DNA of 46,250 nucleotides from Deltaproteobacteria bacterium (GTDB lineage Bacteria; Myxococcota_A; UBA9042; DTJE01): NCBI GenBank assembly GCA_037442805.1, contig JBBIPO010000007.1, positions 1 to 46,250 of the forward strand, read 5' to 3'. Shown piece by piece: positions 41,534 to 46,250 of this stretch (position 1 is its first letter; each line of letters starts with the position of its first letter). The notes under the pieces were generated by a model. It saw only the letters and a program-made list of their open reading frames with translations, ran no database searches and was not told where the DNA came from. The position numbers and the translations under genes were made by a program.

Positions 41534-42552
41534 GGTTCCTCCTTCCCCACCGAACGCCTGGCCGTCGCTCGCGAGCGGACCTCGTCCGCCACGGACCCGT
41601 CCACCTCCACGCGCGCCCGGGCCAGGACCGCCTCGATGTGCTCCCGGCGCAATCTCCGACGTTCCGTCTCCATCCAGCGTTCCACGATGGACGGCCTGGC
41701 CTCCTCGAACCCCTTGTCTATCGGTGGATAAATTCTTGATACAAACAGGATGTGATGACCTTCCGGCGACGGGACCGGCCCTTGGACTTCGAACAGGGAC
41801 TGCATCCTCGTCGCGGCCTCGACCACGGGCGTCGGCACAGGGGGCGCTCCGGGGTCCACCCAGGGAAAGCGGCCGATCACCCCATCGGCCTCGCGGGAGC
41901 GCGCGTCCTCCGAGTGCGCGCGCACGAGGCGCGTGAACTCCTCGACGGGGTCCGCGCCGGCCGCGGAGGCGCGCTTGCGGGCGCGAAAGGCGATGCGTCG
42001 GGCCTGGTCCGGGTCCTTCACCACGATCTGGCGGACCTCGCGCTGCTCCGGCCGGACGAACTCGTGTCGGTGCTGCTCGTAGTACGACCGGACCCACTCC
42101 TCCGGGGCGTCTCGCGTGGTCACGGTCGCGTCCACGCGGTCGCGCAGGGTTCGGGACGCGACCTCGGATCGGAGCGCGTCCGCCACCTGCGGGTCGCGGT
42201 CCAGTCCCTCCTCCCGCGCGACCCACGTCAGCGCCAGGAACTCCACCCAGGATTCCAGGAACTCGCGGCGCGACTCCGGGGACTGGTAGCGCATGCGGAC
42301 GAAGACGGGAAGTTCCTCCAGCTGCCGGCGGACCTCGGACAGGAGGACCTCGTGGCCGGCGATTTCGGCAACCACCGGGTCGTCGTCCTGCTCCCGATTC
42401 GCACCGACGCCGGCGGTCGGCGACGCACCGGCCTGTCGCGCCTCGGGGCGCTCCGGCTTGCACGTGCCCGCCACGAGCGCGCACCCGAGCAGGACGCCCA
42501 TGACGAGCCACCGCTTCACGGTCGCAGGCTCAAGAATCCCTGCCATGCCCAA
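41530..42552 (-). CDS. Parvulin-type peptidyl-prolyl isomerase, probable lipoprotein
   Basis: The lipobox region is 'LVMGVLLGCALVAGTC'. The PpiC-like segment is 'REVRQIVV...' through 'GHHILFV'. The start codon is uncertain. Confidence 0.7.
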   Translation of the reverse strand: MGMAGILEPATVKRWLVMGVLLGCALVAGTCKPERPEARQAGASPTAGVGANREQDDDPVVAEIAGHEVLLSEVRRQLEELPVFVRMRYQSPESRREFLESWVEFLALTWVAREEGLDRDPQVADALRSEVASRTLRDRVDATVTTRDAPEEWVRSYYEQHRHEFVRPEQREVRQIVVKDPDQARRIAFRARKRASAAGADPVEEFTRLVRAHSEDARSREADGVIGRFPWVDPGAPPVPTPVVEAATRMQSLFEVQGPVPSPEGHHILFVSRIYPPIDKGFEEARPSIVERWMETERRRLRREHIEAVLARARVEVDGSVADEVRSRATARRSVGKEEP

Positions 42553-42648
42553 ACCCCGGCGCGTGGCCTCGCGCAGCCGACCCGCGGAAGAACCATACCC
42601 TCTCGTCCCGTTCCTGACAACGGTCCCGGTGGTCTGGTCGCCCGCGCG

Positions 42649-45600
42649 TCACGTCGTGTTTCCGGTGGCCGGTTTCCCGGAGCCGAACGACCTCGCTGCC
42701 TGAAGCATTGCCTCCACGGCCGCGAGCGGCGCGGCATTCACTGGCAGGCGAGCGGCCATGCGCCCCTGGCCGGTGCCAGGCTCCGGGTGAAGACCTGCGG
42801 CCATCGCGGCCTTGACCACCTCGGCTGGCATCCGCTCCCCGGCCGCCGACACCTCTACCCTTTTCCCGGACACCGCCACCGCGGCGAGGCCCAGGTCCCG
42901 CGCGAGGACCTTGACCCGGATCAGGGTCAGCAGGTTTCGCGCCGGCCCGGGAAGCGGCCCGAAGCGGTCGCGCACCTCGGAGGCCAGCGACGCCACCTCC
43001 CCCAGGTCCCGGGCCCCGGCCAGTCGCCGATACAGGCGCAAGCGCGTGGCCTCGTCCGCGACGTACGAGGCCGGAAGCCGAGCCTCCACGGGGACGCGGA
43101 CCTCCGGGTCAGGTCGCTCGACGACCTCCTGCCCCGTCACCTCGCGCACCGCGTCGTGGATCATCTCGAGAAACAAATCGTGCCCCACCGCGCTCAGGTG
43201 CCCCGACTGCTCCGCGCCGAGCAGGGTCCCGGCCCCGCGGATCTCCAGGTCCAGGGCCGCGATGTGAAAACCGCTTGCCAGTTCGCTGAAGCGCTCGATC
43301 GCCTCGATGCGACGCCGCGCTTCCCCGGACAGGGTCGCGGGGTCGTCCACCAGCAGGTAACACCATGCCTGCTCCGCCCCGCGGCCGACCCGTCCCCGCA
43401 ACTGGTACAGGTCCGCGAGCCCGAACGAGGCCGCGTCCTGGATCAGCATGGTGTTCGCGGTCGCGATGTCGAGCCCCGACTGTACGATGGTCGTGCAGAC
43501 CAGGACGTCCTTGTCCCCCCGCACGAAGGCCGCCATGACGCCTTCCAGGTCCGGCGCGGACATCTGGCCGTGCGCGACGGTCACCCGCGCCTCCGGGACC
43601 GTGGCCGATACCTCGGACGCCACGTCGTAGATGTCCTCGACGCGATTGTGCACGAAGAAGACCTGTCCCCCGCGCCGGACCTCGCGCAGGATCGCGGCCC
43701 GCACCAGGTCCCGCGACTTCCGGGCCACCACGGTCTTGACCGACAGGCGGTCGCGCGGCGGCGTCGCGATGACGGACAGTTCCCGGATGCCCGACAGGGC
43801 CATGTGCAAGGTCCGGGGGATCGGGGTCGCGGACAGCGTCAAGGTGTGAACCGTTGCCGCGATCTCCCGCAGCCGCTCCTTGTGCGAGACCCCGAAACGG
43901 TGCTCCTCGTCCACGATCAGGAGCCCGAGGTCCCGGAAGGTCACGTCCGCGGACAGGAGCCGGTGCGTCCCGATCACGACGTCAATGCGTCCTGTCTTCA
44001 GGTCCTCGAGGACGCGACGGATCTCGGCCGGGCTCTTGAAGCGCGACAGCGACTCGACCACGATGGGCGTGTGCTTCAGGCGCGCCGCGAACGTGACCCG
44101 GTGCTGCTCCGCGAGCAGGGTCGTGGGGACCAGGACCGCGACCTGCTTGCCGCCCATGGCCACGAGAACCGCGGCTCGCACCGCGACCTCGGTCTTGCCG
44201 AAGCCCACGTCCCCGCAAACCAGGCGGTCCATGGGACGCTCGCGGGTCAGGTCCTCGAGGACCTCCTCGATGGCCCGGTCCTGGTCGGGCGTCGTGTCGT
44301 AGGGGAACGTGGCCTCGAACTCCCGGAACGCCGCGTCCGGCGGGTCGAAGGCGTGGGCCCGGCCCGCGAGCCTCCGCGCGTAGATCGTCTTCAGTTTCTC
44401 GGCGATCTCGCGGGCCGCGCGCCGGGCCAGGCGCTTGCGACGGTGCCACATCTGTCCGCCCAGACGGTCCAGGGGACGGGAGGGCCCTTCCGAGGGCGCC
44501 ACGTATCGCTCGAGCAGGTGCACGCGGTCCACCGGGACGAGCAGGCGGTCGCCCCCCTGGTACGTCAGGACCACGCATTCCGACACCGCGCCGTCCCCGA
44601 CCCGGACCTCCTCCAGACCCGCGAACCGCCCGAGTCCGTGGTCGCGGTGGATCACGAGGTTGCCGGGTTCGAGGTCGCGGTACTCCCGCAACCACTGGGT
44701 CGCAGACCGCCGTCGCCCCGGCCGCGGCCCCACTGCGTCCTTGACCCCGAACACCGCCTCCGACGGGATGACCGCGAACCCCAGGGCCTCCACGTGAAAG
44801 GGGGCGCGGACCCGTCCAACCCCCACGCGCACGCCCGGTTCCGGCCGCAGGACCTCGGCCATCGCGTTCCTCGCGCCCTGCGACGGCGCGAGCCCCTGGG
44901 CCGCGAGGATGTCCCCTACGCGTCGGGCCTCGGCCTCCGACGGGCAGGGAATCAGCACGCGGTCCCCACGGGCCACGAGGCGCCGCGTCAGGTCGCGCAC
45001 CACCGCCACCCGGTCCTGGACCGGGAGGTCCATCGAGGTGGCCAGGGCCAGGTCCGTCACGGGGAGGTCCGAGGCCCCCAGAACCGGTTCCTCCCCCCCC
45101 GCCTCGACGAGAAGAGTTCCTGGCCTCGCCCGGAGTGGGCCAAGCAACTCCTGTCCGCTCGCGCGCAGGAAGGTCGGCTCGTCGCAGATCCGGGCACCGA
45201 TCCCCGCAAACTCGACGCGAAGCGCCCCGAGCGCCGCATCGGCCTCGGCCGCGCACGTCACCGGGTCGAGGACCACGACGAGGGTTTCCTCGGGAAGGTA
45301 GTCCCACAAGAGGGCGAGCCTCCCGTGCCACGAACCGAGCATCCCCGAGAAAGCCGGAGGTGGACGGCCTTCCTGGACCGAGGCCTCGATGCGCGCGACC
45401 TCCCGCGTGGGGACGCCCCGCGCAGCCGCGAGGTCCGTTAGGCGCAGGAACGACGCCCGCAGCGCCTCCGCGTCCGCCGGCACCTCCCACGCGGGGAACA
45501 CCCACGCCGAGGCCAGAGGCCGGACCGCCCTTTGCGTGGCGGGGTCGAAAGCCTTGAGCGAGGCGACCTCGTCCCCGTCCATCTCGACCCGGACGGGGTC

Positions 45601-46182
45601 CTCCGCGCCCGGCGAGAACAGGTCCAGGATGCCCCCCCGCACCGCGAACTCCCCGACCTCGGCCACGGTCTGGACGCGCCGGTATCCCGCGGCGGCGAGG
45701 AGGCGGAGCAGTCCCGTCAGGTCCACCTCGCGACCGACCTCGAGCCGGACGCAGGCCTCGGCGAACCGGTCGAATGGCAGGACCCGGGTCGCCGCGCTGG
45801 CGGCGTCCATGGCGAAGAGAAACGGTGTCTCGCCCAGGGCCAGGGTCCCGAGCGTTCCGAGGCGACAGGCCGCGACGTACGGGGTCTCCACCACCTCGTC
45901 GTACGGCGAGCCCGCGACCACCGGCCACTGTGGCTCGACCCTGGGGACGGGTCCGTGCGCGAGGAGCCACGACATCACGGACGCCGCGCGGTCACGCAGG
46001 GTCGCGGACGGGGCGAGCAGGAAGACGGAGCCATCGGCCTTCCCCAACGGGTCCCCGACCCGGCTCGCGGCGAGCGCCGCGAGGACCCCCGCGTGTTCCG
46101 GCACCGCGACCGACAGGCGGATGGGCCCCTCCTCCAGGCCGGAAACCCATCGCGAAACGAGGGTTTCGATCTCCTTCCGCAC
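42649..46182 (-). CDS. mfd: Transcription-repair coupling factor
   Basis: The product is 1177 aa. 'LVCGDVGFGKTEVA' (Walker A), 'LVPTTLLAEQH', 'LLIVDEEHRFGV' (DEEH box), 'LSATPIPRTL' and 'QLRGRVGR' are present. The GTG start is uncertain. Confidence 0.95.
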   Translation of the reverse strand: MRKEIETLVSRWVSGLEEGPIRLSVAVPEHAGVLAALAASRVGDPLGKADGSVFLLAPSATLRDRAASVMSWLLAHGPVPRVEPQWPVVAGSPYDEVVETPYVAACRLGTLGTLALGETPFLFAMDAASAATRVLPFDRFAEACVRLEVGREVDLTGLLRLLAAAGYRRVQTVAEVGEFAVRGGILDLFSPGAEDPVRVEMDGDEVASLKAFDPATQRAVRPLASAWVFPAWEVPADAEALRASFLRLTDLAAARGVPTREVARIEASVQEGRPPPAFSGMLGSWHGRLALLWDYLPEETLVVVLDPVTCAAEADAALGALRVEFAGIGARICDEPTFLRASGQELLGPLRARPGTLLVEAGGEEPVLGASDLPVTDLALATSMDLPVQDRVAVVRDLTRRLVARGDRVLIPCPSEAEARRVGDILAAQGLAPSQGARNAMAEVLRPEPGVRVGVGRVRAPFHVEALGFAVIPSEAVFGVKDAVGPRPGRRRSATQWLREYRDLEPGNLVIHRDHGLGRFAGLEEVRVGDGAVSECVVLTYQGGDRLLVPVDRVHLLERYVAPSEGPSRPLDRLGGQMWHRRKRLARRAAREIAEKLKTIYARRLAGRAHAFDPPDAAFREFEATFPYDTTPDQDRAIEEVLEDLTRERPMDRLVCGDVGFGKTEVAVRAAVLVAMGGKQVAVLVPTTLLAEQHRVTFAARLKHTPIVVESLSRFKSPAEIRRVLEDLKTGRIDVVIGTHRLLSADVTFRDLGLLIVDEEHRFGVSHKERLREIAATVHTLTLSATPIPRTLHMALSGIRELSVIATPPRDRLSVKTVVARKSRDLVRAAILREVRRGGQVFFVHNRVEDIYDVASEVSATVPEARVTVAHGQMSAPDLEGVMAAFVRGDKDVLVCTTIVQSGLDIATANTMLIQDAASFGLADLYQLRGRVGRGAEQAWCYLLVDDPATLSGEARRRIEAIERFSELASGFHIAALDLEIRGAGTLLGAEQSGHLSAVGHDLFLEMIHDAVREVTGQEVVERPDPEVRVPVEARLPASYVADEATRLRLYRRLAGARDLGEVASLASEVRDRFGPLPGPARNLLTLIRVKVLARDLGLAAVAVSGKRVEVSAAGERMPAEVVKAAMAAGLHPEPGTGQGRMAARLPVNAAPLAAVEAMLQAARSFGSGKPATGNTT

Positions 46183-46250
46183 CGCCGAACGGCCCCGCCC
46201 GAGGTCCGGCGTATTATGCCCGAACCGCGGGTCATCGCCCGCGTCCCCAC

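Noticed and set aside
41752..45441. A 1229-aa plus-strand ORF antisense to mfd and the PPIase gene.
   Set aside because: It has no recognisable motifs and a composition typical of an antisense frame. The opposite strand encodes an unmistakable Mfd with Walker A, DEEH and helicase motifs.
46183..46250. A promoter for mfd (a CATAAT-like -10 on the minus strand) and the partial ORF 45975-46250.
   Set aside because: No acceptable -35 lies at the proper spacing. The partial ORF is an out-of-frame overlap of mfd with shadow-frame composition. The window ends too soon to judge.

Overview
This is a ~69% GC bacterial chromosomal window. Its content suggests a Myxococcota-like organism (inference only): many lipoproteins, FG-GAP/VCBS and cysteine-rich repeat proteins, a MopE-like metal-binding motif and a sigma-54-type promoter. 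Long ORFs occur in all six frames because of the GC content. I chose genes by recognisable motifs, G/C at third codon positions, Shine-Dalgarno sequences and 4-nt start/stop overlaps (ATGA/GTGA).

Housekeeping genes: mtnA, rplM-rpsI, ileS-lspA, mfd followed by two parvulin-type PPIases, rluB, and a fused homocysteine methyltransferase/MTHFR.

Accessory content:
- A methyltransferase plus a small PD-(D/E)xK-like ORF (candidate R-M pair).
- Two cysteine-rich repeat lipoproteins.
- A polytopic sulfatase.
- A tandem of three EutN/CcmL (BMC vertex) paralogs behind an SRPBCC-like gene, with no shell hexamer gene in the window.
- A carbamoyltransferase/SxtJ-like/DUF5989-like trio with an embedded PP-loop ATPase and an SGNH-like hydrolase.
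- A four-gene sugar-nucleotide/glycosyltransferase operon.

Structure not explained by genes:
- A composite GC-rich intergenic repeat family has four copies at three loci. Each copy is oriented like the downstream gene.
- Gene lesions are unusually dense: a G9 homopolymer frameshift, a truncated receiver domain, a TauE remnant, an in-frame TGA, an in-frame TAG and a second frameshift.

I could not support any rRNA, tRNA, CRISPR array or transposase.
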